Below, piece by piece: positions 10,218-19,182 of a DNA stretch of 64,000 nucleotides. The first letter of the stretch is position 1; each line of letters opens with the position of its first letter. The position numbers and the translations under genes were made by a program. Source of the DNA: Aquabacterium sp. (lineage in GTDB: Bacteria; Pseudomonadota; Gammaproteobacteria; Burkholderiales; Burkholderiaceae_C). Location of the stretch: contig NZ_JAVEYN010000014.1 in assembly GCF_034003525.1 (NCBI RefSeq), forward strand, positions 24,838 to 88,837, read 5' to 3'. The notes under the pieces were generated by a model. It was not told the DNA's origin, made no database searches, and saw nothing but the letters and a program-made list of their open reading frames with translations.

Positions 10218-10850
10218 TCAGGAATGGGTCTTTGCAGCGGGCGGTGGTGCCACCACCCCCATCGAAATGATGTACTTGAGGGCCTCGTCCACCGACATGT
10301 CCAGTGGCATGACCTCGTCACGGGGCACGATCAGCATGAAACCCGAGGTCGGGTTGGGGGTTGTGGGTACGTACACCGTCAGCATCTCGGTGATCAGTTT
10401 GTCCGCCACCTCGCCCGACGGGCGACCGGTGACAAAGGCGATCGTCCAAGAACCGGCGCGGGGGTACTGCACCAGCACGGCCTCGCGAAAGGCTTGGCCG
10501 CTGCTGGAAAACAGCGTGTCGGACACCTGCCGCACTGAGTTGTAGATGCTTTTGACGATGGGGATGTTCGAGAACAGCCGGTTCGACTGGTTGAGCAGCC
10601 ACTGGCCGACCATGTTGGTCACGGCCACGCCGGTCAGCCACAGGGCGGTGACCAAGATGATGACGCTCAGGCCCGGCACGCGTTGCAGGTCGGCCAGGAC
10701 GGGGTGGATGCTGACTGGCAGCACGGTCTGCGCCACGACCACGAACCAGGCGAACACGTCGTCAAGCGTGCCGATCACGCTTTTGAGCACCCAGATGGTG
10801 ATCACCAGGGGGAGCCAGACGAGCAGGCCGGTGAGGATGTATTTCTTCAC
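10218..10850 (-). CDS. DUF502 domain-containing membrane protein
   Basis: 210 aa. The N-terminus [22 protein letters not shown] and the overall pattern are typical of DUF502. It keeps the conserved position between fmdB and aspS. Confidence 0.8.
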   Translation of the reverse strand: MKKYILTGLLVWLPLVITIWVLKSVIGTLDDVFAWFVVVAQTVLPVSIHPVLADLQRVPGLSVIILVTALWLTGVAVTNMVGQWLLNQSNRLFSNIPIVKSIYNSVRQVSDTLFSSSGQAFREAVLVQYPRAGSWTIAFVTGRPSGEVADKLITEMLTVYVPTTPNPTSGFMLIVPRDEVMPLDMSVDEALKYIISMGVVAPPPAAKTHS

Positions 10851-10894
10851 GTTGGGGAGGGGGGAGAGGGCGCGAGGCCGGGTGCCTGAACAGG

Positions 10895-10924
10895 CAGACT
10901 GGCCTGCATTGTCAGGCCAGTCTG
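10895..10924. repeat. perfect 12-bp inverted repeat (stem-loop) between fmdB and the DUF502 gene
   Basis: CAGACTGGCCTG-cattgt-CAGGCCAGTCTG. No U-tract follows on the coding (minus) strand. Confidence 0.6.
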
Positions 10925-10961
10925 TGTCAGGCGGGTGCGTGAAGGAAAAGTCGGTTCAGAC

Positions 10962-11276
10962 TCAGTGGCAGGCGCAGGAGCCGCCGCAGGGCGTGCCGCC
11001 GGTGTCGCTGCCCGAGCTGCTGCTGGCTTCGGCCGCAGCAGGGGCCGCGGCGGCTGCAGTGGCGCCCGTCGCCGGGGCGCTGGTGCCGCCCGAGCCGCCA
11101 CGGAAATCGGTCACATACCAGCCGGAACCCTTGAGCTGGAAGCCCGCAGCCGTGATCTGCTTCTGGAAGCTCTCGGCGCCGCAGGCAGGGCAGGTGGTGA
11201 GCACCGGATCAGAGATTTTTTGCAAAACGTCCTTGGCATGACCGCAGGACGTGCACTGGTAGGCGTAAATCGGCAT
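10962..11276 (-). CDS. FmdB-family zinc-ribbon protein
   Basis: It starts MPIYAYQCTSCGH...TCPACG (two CxxC pairs) and has a Gly/Ala/Ser-rich tail ending in a Cys-rich stretch. Confidence 0.85.
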   Translation of the reverse strand: MPIYAYQCTSCGHAKDVLQKISDPVLTTCPACGAESFQKQITAAGFQLKGSGWYVTDFRGGSGGTSAPATGATAAAAAPAAAEASSSSGSDTGGTPCGGSCACH

Positions 11277-11473
11277 GGCCTGACCTCGAGAAAATCGACA
11301 ATTGTAAAAGACGGAGGGCGCCCTGACCAGCTTGCGCTCGCCAGCAAGGGCTCGCGCAGGCAGTTGGGGACGCGCCGCTGAAAATCAAGTGCCGTACAGG
11401 GCCGCAGCCCGTGCCGTCCGTGGTGGTGGGTGGCTCCGTGGAGGCTGGCCTGCGCAGATCCGGTGTGTGCCCG

Positions 11474-12934
11474 TCAGGCCGTCAGCAGCGGGCGCTTGCT
11501 GCGGCGGTCTGCCAACCACTGCGGCGTCAGCGAGCCCGCCAGCATGCCTGCCAGGGCCATCAGCAGGCCAGCCAACTGCCCCGGGAACGCCTCTCCCAAG
11601 CCGGTGTGGAAGGTGAAAAGGGTCAGTGTGCCGATCCCCAGCACGATGGACAGCAAGGCGCCCTGGGTTGAGGCCCGCTTCCAGTACAGCCCGAACGTCA
11701 GCGGCACGAAAGCACCCACCAGCGGAATCTGATAAGCCGCCGAGACCAGGTCATAGATGGCCGTGCCCTCCATCAGGATCGCGTACGTCAACACCAGGCA
11801 GGTGAAGACCAGCAGGGTGACGCGCATGGCGAACAGCACCTGGCGATCCGTCATGCCCGGCTTGATGTTCTTGAGGATGTTCTCGACGAAGCTGGTCGAG
11901 GGCGCGAGCAGCGTGGCCGATGAGGTGGACTTGATGGCCGACACCAGCGCGCCGAAGAAGAAGATTTGCGCGACCAGGGGCATCTTGCTCAGGATCAGCG
12001 TCGGCAAGACCTTTTGCGGATCGTTGGCCAGCAGTTCCCGCGTTTCGTCCGGCATGATGATCAGCGACGAAGCCACGATGAACATCGGCACGAACGCAAA
12101 GGCCAGATAGCTCAGCCCCCCGATGATGGCACCGCGCTGAGCCGTGACCGCATCCTTGGCCGACATCACCCGCTGGAACACGTCCTGCTGCGGGATCGAG
12201 CCCAGCATCATGGTGATGCCGGCCGCGATGAACCAGAGCCAGCCATCGGGGGTGTGTTCGGGGAAGAACTTGAACCAGTTGTTGGCATGCGCCAGGTCGA
12301 TCACCTTGTCGGCGCCGCCGGCCTGATCGGCCGCCATGTAGGCGATCAGCGACAGGCCGACCACCAGCACCACCATCTGGATGAAGTCCGTCCAGGCCAC
12401 CGCCAGCATGCCACCCACCATCACGTAGACCAGCACCAGCAGGGTGCCCAGCGCCATACCCCAGGCGGGGGCGATGGTGCCACCCGAGAGCACCGAGAAC
12501 ACCAGGCCCAGCGCGGTGATCTGTGCGGCCACCCAACCCAGATAGCTCAGGATGATGGCGACGGAGCAGAAGATTTCGACACCTTCACCATAGCGCTGAC
12601 GGTAATAGTCGCCGATGGTCAGCAAGCTCATCTTGTAGAGGCGGCTGGCGAAGAAAGCGCCCACCAGCACCAGGCACATCGAGGCCCCGAATGGGTCCTC
12701 CACCACGGCGCCCAGTCCACCTTCGGCAAACTTGGCGGGGATGCCCATCACCGTTTCGGCACCGAACCAGGTCGCAAAGGTCGTCGTGATGACCATGACC
12801 AGGGGCAGGCTGCGGCCGGCGATGGCGAAGTCGGTGGTGTTCTTGATGCGGGTGCCGGCATACATACCGATCGCCATCGTGCCAAGCAGATAGAGGATCA
12901 CAAACGCAAGCAGGGTGGTGTTCATGGTCGGCAT
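11474..12934 (-). CDS. sodium:solute symporter family transporter
   Basis: 486 aa and strongly hydrophobic, with about 13 predicted TM segments. The N-terminal FAIAGRSLP block is typical of SSF transporters. The start could be ATG 12934 or 12925. Confidence 0.8.
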   Translation of the reverse strand: MPTMNTTLLAFVILYLLGTMAIGMYAGTRIKNTTDFAIAGRSLPLVMVITTTFATWFGAETVMGIPAKFAEGGLGAVVEDPFGASMCLVLVGAFFASRLYKMSLLTIGDYYRQRYGEGVEIFCSVAIILSYLGWVAAQITALGLVFSVLSGGTIAPAWGMALGTLLVLVYVMVGGMLAVAWTDFIQMVVLVVGLSLIAYMAADQAGGADKVIDLAHANNWFKFFPEHTPDGWLWFIAAGITMMLGSIPQQDVFQRVMSAKDAVTAQRGAIIGGLSYLAFAFVPMFIVASSLIIMPDETRELLANDPQKVLPTLILSKMPLVAQIFFFGALVSAIKSTSSATLLAPSTSFVENILKNIKPGMTDRQVLFAMRVTLLVFTCLVLTYAILMEGTAIYDLVSAAYQIPLVGAFVPLTFGLYWKRASTQGALLSIVLGIGTLTLFTFHTGLGEAFPGQLAGLLMALAGMLAGSLTPQWLADRRSKRPLLTA

Positions 12935-13060
12935 CGATGGGGATCGGTGGGTGTCGATGGATGTCTGAATGGGGGCGGAGTTTAGTGGCAGATTGTCGCT
13001 GGGCGCGCACCGGTGCTCCGGCGCGCCGGTGTCACGGGCGCGACACCTGCGAGCAGGGGG

Positions 13061-14623
13061 TCAGAGCACGCCCAGACCGTGCAGTCTGAGCAACAACTGT
13101 GCCGTCAGCAGGCCCAGCACGAAGCCCACGCCCACCCAGACGATGGCCGACAGCAGCCGGTTGGTGTGGCGCTGCTCGGCCAGCATGGCGGCCAGGTCGC
13201 GGCGCAGATCGGCATTGCCGTGCTCCAGGTTTTGGTGCACCAGGCGGGGCAACTCGGGCAGCATCTTGGCGTAGCGCGGGGCCTCGCGCTTGAGGCGTTG
13301 CCACAGGCCGCGCAGCCCCACCTGCTCGTGCATCCACTTCTCCAGAAAGGGTTTGGCCGTGCTCCACAGGTCCAGGTCGGGGTCGAGCTCACGCCCCAGG
13401 CCCTCGACGTTCAGCAGGGTTTTCTGAAGCAGCACCAGTTGGGGCTGGATCTCGACGTTGAAGCGGCGCGAGATCTGGAACAAGCGCATCAGCACCTGAC
13501 CCAGCGAGATTTCCTTGATCGGACGGTCAAAGTAGGGCTCGCACACGGTACGGATGGCACCTTCGAGTTCGTCGACCCGGGTGCTCGGCGGCACCCAGCC
13601 GCTTTCGATGTGCAACTCCGCCACGCGCTTGTAGTCGCGGTGGAAAAAGGCGATGAAGTTTTGTGCCAGGTAGTCCTTGTCCACCTCGGTGAGCGTGCCG
13701 ATGATGCCGAAGTCCAGTGCGATGTAGCGGCCGAAGGTGCTCGCGTCCAGGCTGACCTGGATGTTGCCGGGGTGCATGTCGGCGTGGAAGAAACCGTCGC
13801 GGAAGACCTGGGTGAAGAAAATGGTCACGCCATCACGGGCCAGTTTCTTGATGTCGACCCCGGCGGCGCGCAGGCGGCTCATCTGGCTGATGGGCACGCC
13901 CTTCATGCGCTCCATCACCATCACGGTGGACGTGCAGTAGTCCCAGATCATCTCGGGCACCAGCACCAGATCCAAGCCGTCCATGTTGCGGCGCAGTTGT
14001 GCGGCGTTGGCGGCTTCGCGCACGAGGTCCAGCTCGTCATGCAGGTACTTGTCGAACTCGGCCACGACCTCGCGGGGCTTCAGTCGCTTGCCGTCCGACC
14101 AGAAGCGTTCTACCCAGCCCGCGAGTGTGCGCATCAAGGCCAGGTCGTCGTCAATGACATTGAGCATGCCGGGGCGCAGCACCTTGACGGCGACCTCGCG
14201 GCCGTCGTGCAGCACCGCAAAGTGCACCTGGGCGATGGAGGCGCTGGCGATCGGGTCGGTGTCAAACTGCTTGAAGACGGCCGACAACGGTTTGCCCAGC
14301 GCCTTCTCCACGAGTCGGGCCGATTCGTCGCTGGGGAAGGGGGGGACGCGGTCTTGCAGCTTGGCCAGCTCATCCGCCACATCGGGCGGGAGCAGGTCGC
14401 GCCGGGTGGAGAGCATCTGCCCGAACTTCACGAAGATCGGGCCCAGATGCTCCAGGGCTTGGCGCAAACGTTCGCCGCGGGGGGCGTTCAGGCGCCGACC
14501 TGTGGAAAGGATGCGCGCCAACAGGCTCCAGCGCGGGCGGCGCAGGCTGTGCAGCAACATGCCATCGAGCCCGAAGCGCAGGGCGATCAGGCCGATGTAG
14601 GCGGGGCGAAACAGCGAGCGCAT
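13061..14623 (-). CDS. ubiB: ubiquinone biosynthesis regulatory protein kinase UbiB
   Basis: 520 aa. It has an ABC1/ADCK kinase-like core ([17 protein letters not shown]) and C-terminal TM helices. It follows ubiJ. Confidence 0.95.
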   Translation of the reverse strand: MRSLFRPAYIGLIALRFGLDGMLLHSLRRPRWSLLARILSTGRRLNAPRGERLRQALEHLGPIFVKFGQMLSTRRDLLPPDVADELAKLQDRVPPFPSDESARLVEKALGKPLSAVFKQFDTDPIASASIAQVHFAVLHDGREVAVKVLRPGMLNVIDDDLALMRTLAGWVERFWSDGKRLKPREVVAEFDKYLHDELDLVREAANAAQLRRNMDGLDLVLVPEMIWDYCTSTVMVMERMKGVPISQMSRLRAAGVDIKKLARDGVTIFFTQVFRDGFFHADMHPGNIQVSLDASTFGRYIALDFGIIGTLTEVDKDYLAQNFIAFFHRDYKRVAELHIESGWVPPSTRVDELEGAIRTVCEPYFDRPIKEISLGQVLMRLFQISRRFNVEIQPQLVLLQKTLLNVEGLGRELDPDLDLWSTAKPFLEKWMHEQVGLRGLWQRLKREAPRYAKMLPELPRLVHQNLEHGNADLRRDLAAMLAEQRHTNRLLSAIVWVGVGFVLGLLTAQLLLRLHGLGVL

Positions 14624-14638
14624 CGGTCGGCCCCGTGG

Positions 14639-15217
14639 TCAGCGACGCGGCGCGGACGAGTGACCCATATCGCCGCCCTGGCCCGGGCGCCAGCGCTGCA
14701 GGGTCTGGCGCACAGCATCGCCGACGGTGCGCAGCCACTCGGCCGGGGCATTGCCCAGCAGGCGGGCTACATCGTCCTGAATGTCCCAGCGCAGGTGGGT
14801 CATGAGCCAGGAGGCCACTTCGGCCAGTGCGGCGTCGCCTTCGATGCGGACATCGGGGCGTTGGCCGGTGAGCAGTTGGCGCGCCATCGTCAGCGGGTCG
14901 CTGAGTTCGATCGTCAAGGTCAGGCCGTCACCGGTCGGAGGCAGGGCGTCGCCGGATTCGACCAGCTCGAACAGGCCAGCCGGCGTGATGACGAAACGCA
15001 TGGATGGGGGGAGTAACCCCTGGGAACCATCGGCCGGCAGCAGGAACCGAGGCAGAGGAGGCGAGAAGGTGCTGGTCCATTGCAGGTCGATGGTGCGGCC
15101 GGCATGGGGTTGGAGTTTGCAGCTGGCCACCGGTTCGCTGGAGACCACATGATTGAGCAGCAGCGTCAAGCGGGGCAGCACCAAAGGCCCGAGCCAAGTG
15201 AAGGGATGAGAAAGCAT
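14639..15217 (-). CDS. ubiJ: SCP2-domain ubiquinone biosynthesis accessory factor UbiJ
   Basis: 192 aa starting MLSHPFTW...LNHVVSSEPVASCKLQPHAGRTI, with a C-terminal amphipathic region. It lies immediately upstream of ubiB. The start was trimmed from the track ORF. Confidence 0.75.
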   Translation of the reverse strand: MLSHPFTWLGPLVLPRLTLLLNHVVSSEPVASCKLQPHAGRTIDLQWTSTFSPPLPRFLLPADGSQGLLPPSMRFVITPAGLFELVESGDALPPTGDGLTLTIELSDPLTMARQLLTGQRPDVRIEGDAALAEVASWLMTHLRWDIQDDVARLLGNAPAEWLRTVGDAVRQTLQRWRPGQGGDMGHSSAPRR

Positions 15218-15384
15218 GTCGCGGATTGTAGGTGTGGGCCGACAACCCCTGGAAAGCAGGGGGAGGCGAGGGGTGCATTCGACGCTAAGCTGCGACGGCT
15301 GGCATTTCACATACAACGAGTTTAGGGTTTTTCCTGTCATGTTGCCCCTCGGTGCGGGATGGTTCGAGGGGAGCCGTAGGTCCC

Positions 15385-16779
15385 ATGTTCAACAAGCGTA
15401 ATTACCGCCCCACTTTTTTCAGTGCGCCTGAATCGGTCACGTCCTTCGTGGCGGCGTTTCTGGAGCCCTTTGTCACGGTCGGAACGCTGCTGCTCGTGAT
15501 GTTTCACCTCAATGAGTCGGTGCTGAGGCCGGATCTGGCCCTGTGCCTGCTGGCCTTCGCTTTGACCTTCCCGGGGCGCAACCGTTTCCATGACACGCCG
15601 TTGGAGGCCGCCATCGACATCGTGTCGTCCTGGGTGGCGGTGCTGTTGATTCTGGCTGTGTGCGGCTTTGCCACCAACAGCCTGATGTTCTTCAAGATGG
15701 AGGTGATGCTGACGTGGGCTCTGGCCACGCCGATGGTGCAGTGGGTGATGGTGATGGTGGGCCGTGCCATCGTGCGCCACCAGATGGCGCGCCCCGAGGC
15801 CCGTCGCAAGGCGGTGGTGGTGGGCGCGGGCGCCCTGGGGCTGAAAGTCGCCAAGGCTCTGCAGGCCAACCCAGGCCAGCCCGTCAGCTTCGTGGGCTAC
15901 TTTGATGACCGTTCGGGCGAGCGGGTGCATCCCGAGACCCATGCGCAGCGCCTCGGCGGCCTCCAGGACATTGCCGACTACGTGCAGGCGCACGGCATCC
16001 ACGAGGTCTACATCACCCTGCCGCTGGGCTCGCAGCCCCGCATCCTGGCCCTGATGGAAGCCATCCAGGGCACCACGGCCTCCCTGTACTTCGTGCCCGA
16101 TGTGTTCGGCATCAGCATCATCCAGGGTCGCCTGCAGGACATGAACGGTGTGCCCGTGGTCGGCATCTGCGAAACGCCCTTCACCGGCATCAACGAGCTG
16201 GCCAAGCGTGTGTTCGATATCGTGGCGGCGAGCATCATCTTGGTGCTGATTTCGCCGCTGCTGCTGGCGATTGCTCTCGGTGTGAAGTTGAGCTCGCCGG
16301 GTCCCATCATCTTCAAGCAGCGGCGCAACGGACTCGATGGCGAGGAGATCATCGTCTACAAGTTTCGCTCCATGCGGGCCTTGGACAACGGGGCGGTGGT
16401 GAAGCAGGCAACCAAGGGTGATCCGCGCATCACGCCCTTTGGGGCCTTCATTCGCAAGACCTCGCTCGATGAGTTGCCACAATTCATCAATGTGCTGCAG
16501 GGGCGCATGAGCATCGTCGGGCCGCGCCCGCATGCCGTGGCCCACAACGAGTCGTACCGGCGCCTCATCAAGGCCTACATGGTGCGTCACAAGGTGCGCC
16601 CGGGCATCACGGGTTGGGCCCAGGTGAACGGCTGCCGAGGCGAGACCGAAACGCTCGACAAGATGCAGGCCCGGGTGGAGTACGACCTGGAGTACCTGCG
16701 CAACTGGTCCCTGGGCCTCGATGTGGCCATCATTTTCCGCACCATTCGCCTGGTGCTGTTTGATCGCAATGCGTACTGA
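15385..16779 (+). CDS. undecaprenyl-phosphate hexose-1-phosphate transferase (WcaJ/EPS priming glycosyltransferase family)
   Basis: It has N-terminal TM helices, a central Rossmann-like segment and a C-terminal bacterial sugar transferase domain (PGPIIFKQRRNGLDGEEIIVYKFRSM, DELPQFINVLQGRMSIVGPRP). Confidence 0.9.
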   Translation: MFNKRNYRPTFFSAPESVTSFVAAFLEPFVTVGTLLLVMFHLNESVLRPDLALCLLAFALTFPGRNRFHDTPLEAAIDIVSSWVAVLLILAVCGFATNSLMFFKMEVMLTWALATPMVQWVMVMVGRAIVRHQMARPEARRKAVVVGAGALGLKVAKALQANPGQPVSFVGYFDDRSGERVHPETHAQRLGGLQDIADYVQAHGIHEVYITLPLGSQPRILALMEAIQGTTASLYFVPDVFGISIIQGRLQDMNGVPVVGICETPFTGINELAKRVFDIVAASIILVLISPLLLAIALGVKLSSPGPIIFKQRRNGLDGEEIIVYKFRSMRALDNGAVVKQATKGDPRITPFGAFIRKTSLDELPQFINVLQGRMSIVGPRPHAVAHNESYRRLIKAYMVRHKVRPGITGWAQVNGCRGETETLDKMQARVEYDLEYLRNWSLGLDVAIIFRTIRLVLFDRNAY

Positions 16780-16846
16780 TGTGCCGGTGAGCACCCAGGC
16801 GCCATGCGAGCTTTGATCCTTCAGTCAAAAAAGCAAAGAGGGTGGC

Positions 16847-18079
16847 ATGAAGCAGAAAAACGTCGTTGTCCGCTGGGTGTCTGTGGCTGCGTGGGTGTCC
16901 TTGTTCGGTGGTGTGGGCACAGTCAGTGCCGAAGAGTTGCCGCTGTACTTGACTTTGAGCCAGGGCCTGACCCGCGATAGCAACCTGTTGCGCGACAACA
17001 GCGACCGCCGCCGCGACACCATTTCGACGACCACGGTGGCAGCGGGCCTCAACAAGGCTTATGGCCGCCAAAACTACCGGGTGTCTGCCTCGGCCTCGCG
17101 CAACGCCTACAGCGACAACAAACAGTTCGACAACGATGGCTACGCTGTCAGTGCCGAGGTGGCCAGTGAGGTGGGTGCCAACTTCAAGGTGACGCTCAAT
17201 GCCGGAGCCTCACAGTTCCTGCCGAATTTTGAAGACCAGTTCAACCGCAGTGGGCGCAACACAGAGCGCAACCGACAGGCCTCGATTGATGTGCGCTATG
17301 GGCTGTATGGGCGCTGGTCGGTGAATGCGGGCGCGAGTTACAGCAAGGTGGACTATCAGATCACCGAGTGGGAGAACAAGACTTCGAACTCGGTCTTCGC
17401 GGGCGTACGCTATCTGCCCTCGGATCTGGCTTACATCGGACTGACGCTGTATCGCACCGATACGGAGTTGCCAAAGCGCGTGCTGTTTGGGGGCACCCAG
17501 GTGGGCGAGGACATCGAGCGCACCAGCCTGAATTTGGATACGGTCTGGCAAGTGACGGGCTTCAGCCGTCTGTCGGGCCGTCTGGGCGTGACCAGCGAGA
17601 AGCATCCGCAGGATCGCCGACGCGATTTCGATGGCTTGACAGGCTCCGCATCGTGGACTTTCACCCCAGCAGGCAAGGCGACGTATGCCCTGAGCTGGGT
17701 GCGCGACACCAACAACGAAGGCGGTAGCGGATTGGGCTCGTCCACGAGTTCGCCGTATTTGAGCAACAAGCGCTTGACCAACAGCCTGAGCGCGACGGTC
17801 ACCTACCAGGCAACGGCCAAGATCAAGCTCAATGCGGGCTACACCCACGCGCAGTATGACGAAGACAGTGACCTGGTGATCGGCGGCGCCTCGTATCAGC
17901 AAGGCGGCGAAACAACCGGGCGCTACAACGCCGTGTCGTTGGGCGTTTCCTACCAACCCATCCGCTCGGTGGGATTGGGCTGCGACATGCAGCGCTACGA
18001 CCGGACGGCCTCTATCTTCTCCCCCAGTGCGTATGATGGCAATACGGTGGCATGCCGCGCCTCCTTTACCATCGACTGA
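16847..18079 (+). CDS. putative outer-membrane beta-barrel protein (EPS-locus associated, EpsL-like)
   Basis: A signal peptide is present (...GGVGTVSA/EE). The rest is a long run of alternating polar/aromatic beta-strand-like segments rich in Y, N, S, G and T. It is adjacent to the priming transferase. The family assignment is an inference. Confidence 0.6.
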   Translation: MKQKNVVVRWVSVAAWVSLFGGVGTVSAEELPLYLTLSQGLTRDSNLLRDNSDRRRDTISTTTVAAGLNKAYGRQNYRVSASASRNAYSDNKQFDNDGYAVSAEVASEVGANFKVTLNAGASQFLPNFEDQFNRSGRNTERNRQASIDVRYGLYGRWSVNAGASYSKVDYQITEWENKTSNSVFAGVRYLPSDLAYIGLTLYRTDTELPKRVLFGGTQVGEDIERTSLNLDTVWQVTGFSRLSGRLGVTSEKHPQDRRRDFDGLTGSASWTFTPAGKATYALSWVRDTNNEGGSGLGSSTSSPYLSNKRLTNSLSATVTYQATAKIKLNAGYTHAQYDEDSDLVIGGASYQQGGETTGRYNAVSLGVSYQPIRSVGLGCDMQRYDRTASIFSPSAYDGNTVACRASFTID

Positions 18080-18094
18080 CATCGGGAGTTCACC

Positions 18095-19126
18095 TTGCCT
18101 TGCATCCTGTTGACCGGGGCCACCGGTTACATCGCCTCGCACACCTGGCTGGCCTTGCAGGAGGCGGGGTTCGACGTGGTGGGCATCGACAATCTGGTCA
18201 ACAGCTCGGTGAAAGTGCTCGACCGACTGGAGCGCATCGGGCGGCGCTCGCCGCACTTTGTGCAGGGCGATGTGCGTAATGCAGAGGCACTGGATCGGTG
18301 CTTCGAGCTGGCGCGCACGCGCTTTGGTGGCATCGAGGCCGTGGTGCACTTTGCGGCCTTGAAGGCGGTGGGCGAATCGGTCGAGCGGCCGCTGGACTAT
18401 TTCGAGAACAACCTGGGTGGTCTGCTGTCCGTGTGCCAGGCGATGAAGCGCCACGGCGTCAACAATCTGGTGTTCAGTTCCTCGGCCACGGTGTACGGCA
18501 GCCCCGACACTTTGCCCATCACCGAAGACGCCCCCCTGCGCGTGACCAATCCCTATGGCCAGACCAAGCTGATGGGCGAGGAGATCCTGCGCGAACTGGG
18601 ACGTTGCGATCCGTCGTGGCGCTTTGCCTGTCTGCGCTATTTCAACCCGGTCGGGGCGCACCCCAGCGGCCTGATCGGCGAAGACCCTCAGGGCATTCCC
18701 AACAACCTGATGCCCTATGTCGCCCAGGTGGCCGTGGGCCAGCGCCCACATCTGAACGTGTTTGGCAACGATTACGACACACCGGATGGCACCGGCGTGC
18801 GCGACTACATTCATGTGTGCGACCTGGCCGAAGGCCATGTGGCGGCGCTGCGTTACCTGTTCGATCGTCAGCAGTCGCTGACGGTGAATCTGGGCACGGG
18901 CCAAGGCTACAGCGTGCTGGAGTTGGCGCAAGCCTATGGCCGTGCATCGGGCCGTGAGATCCCGGTGGTGTTCGCGCCGCGTCGCGCGGGTGACGTGGCG
19001 GCCTGCTATGCCGACCCGCAACGTGCGTTCGAGAGCATGGGCTGGAAGGCCACCCGTGGACTTGACGAGATGTGCGTGGATTCCTGGCGCTGGCAGTCGC
19101 ACAATCCCCGTGGTTTCCGTGACTGA
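18095..19126 (+). CDS. galE: UDP-glucose 4-epimerase
   Basis: 343 aa with GATGYIASH Rossmann and YGQTK (YxxxK) motifs. A TTG start is used by the ORF track. Confidence 0.93.
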   Translation: MPCILLTGATGYIASHTWLALQEAGFDVVGIDNLVNSSVKVLDRLERIGRRSPHFVQGDVRNAEALDRCFELARTRFGGIEAVVHFAALKAVGESVERPLDYFENNLGGLLSVCQAMKRHGVNNLVFSSSATVYGSPDTLPITEDAPLRVTNPYGQTKLMGEEILRELGRCDPSWRFACLRYFNPVGAHPSGLIGEDPQGIPNNLMPYVAQVAVGQRPHLNVFGNDYDTPDGTGVRDYIHVCDLAEGHVAALRYLFDRQQSLTVNLGTGQGYSVLELAQAYGRASGREIPVVFAPRRAGDVAACYADPQRAFESMGWKATRGLDEMCVDSWRWQSHNPRGFRD

Positions 19127-19133
19127 TCGTCAC

Positions 19134-19170
19134 CGCTCGCGTGGCTGACCGCGCGAGCGTTTCTCTTTTT
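19134..19170 (+). terminator. rho-independent terminator after galE
   Basis: CGCTCGCG-(10 nt loop)-CGCGAGCG is followed by TTTCTCTTTTT. It ends 13 nt before the manC ATG. Confidence 0.7.
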
Positions 19171-19182
19171 CAGTTTGGCAAC

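Noticed and set aside
12980-13045. GC-rich palindromes (GGCGCGCACCGG...CCGGCGCGCC, CACCGGTG) downstream of ubiB, considered as a terminator
   Set aside because: No U-tract follows on the transcribed strand and the stem has internal mismatches. This could simply be GC-rich spacer sequence, so I did not list it as a feature.
1087-15016. Other long antisense ORFs (1087..2715 -, 8303..10168 +, 13013..15016 +, 17210..19102 -, 15337..16794 -)
   Set aside because: Each is the mirror frame of a well-supported gene (cobQ, aspS, ubiB/ubiJ, OMP/galE, the priming transferase). All lack motifs and show the same artefactual amino-acid composition.
15300-15315. TGGCAT-N5-ATACA upstream of the priming glycosyltransferase, considered as a sigma-54 promoter
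   Set aside because: There is no GC dinucleotide at the -12 position and no enhancer-binding protein gene nearby.
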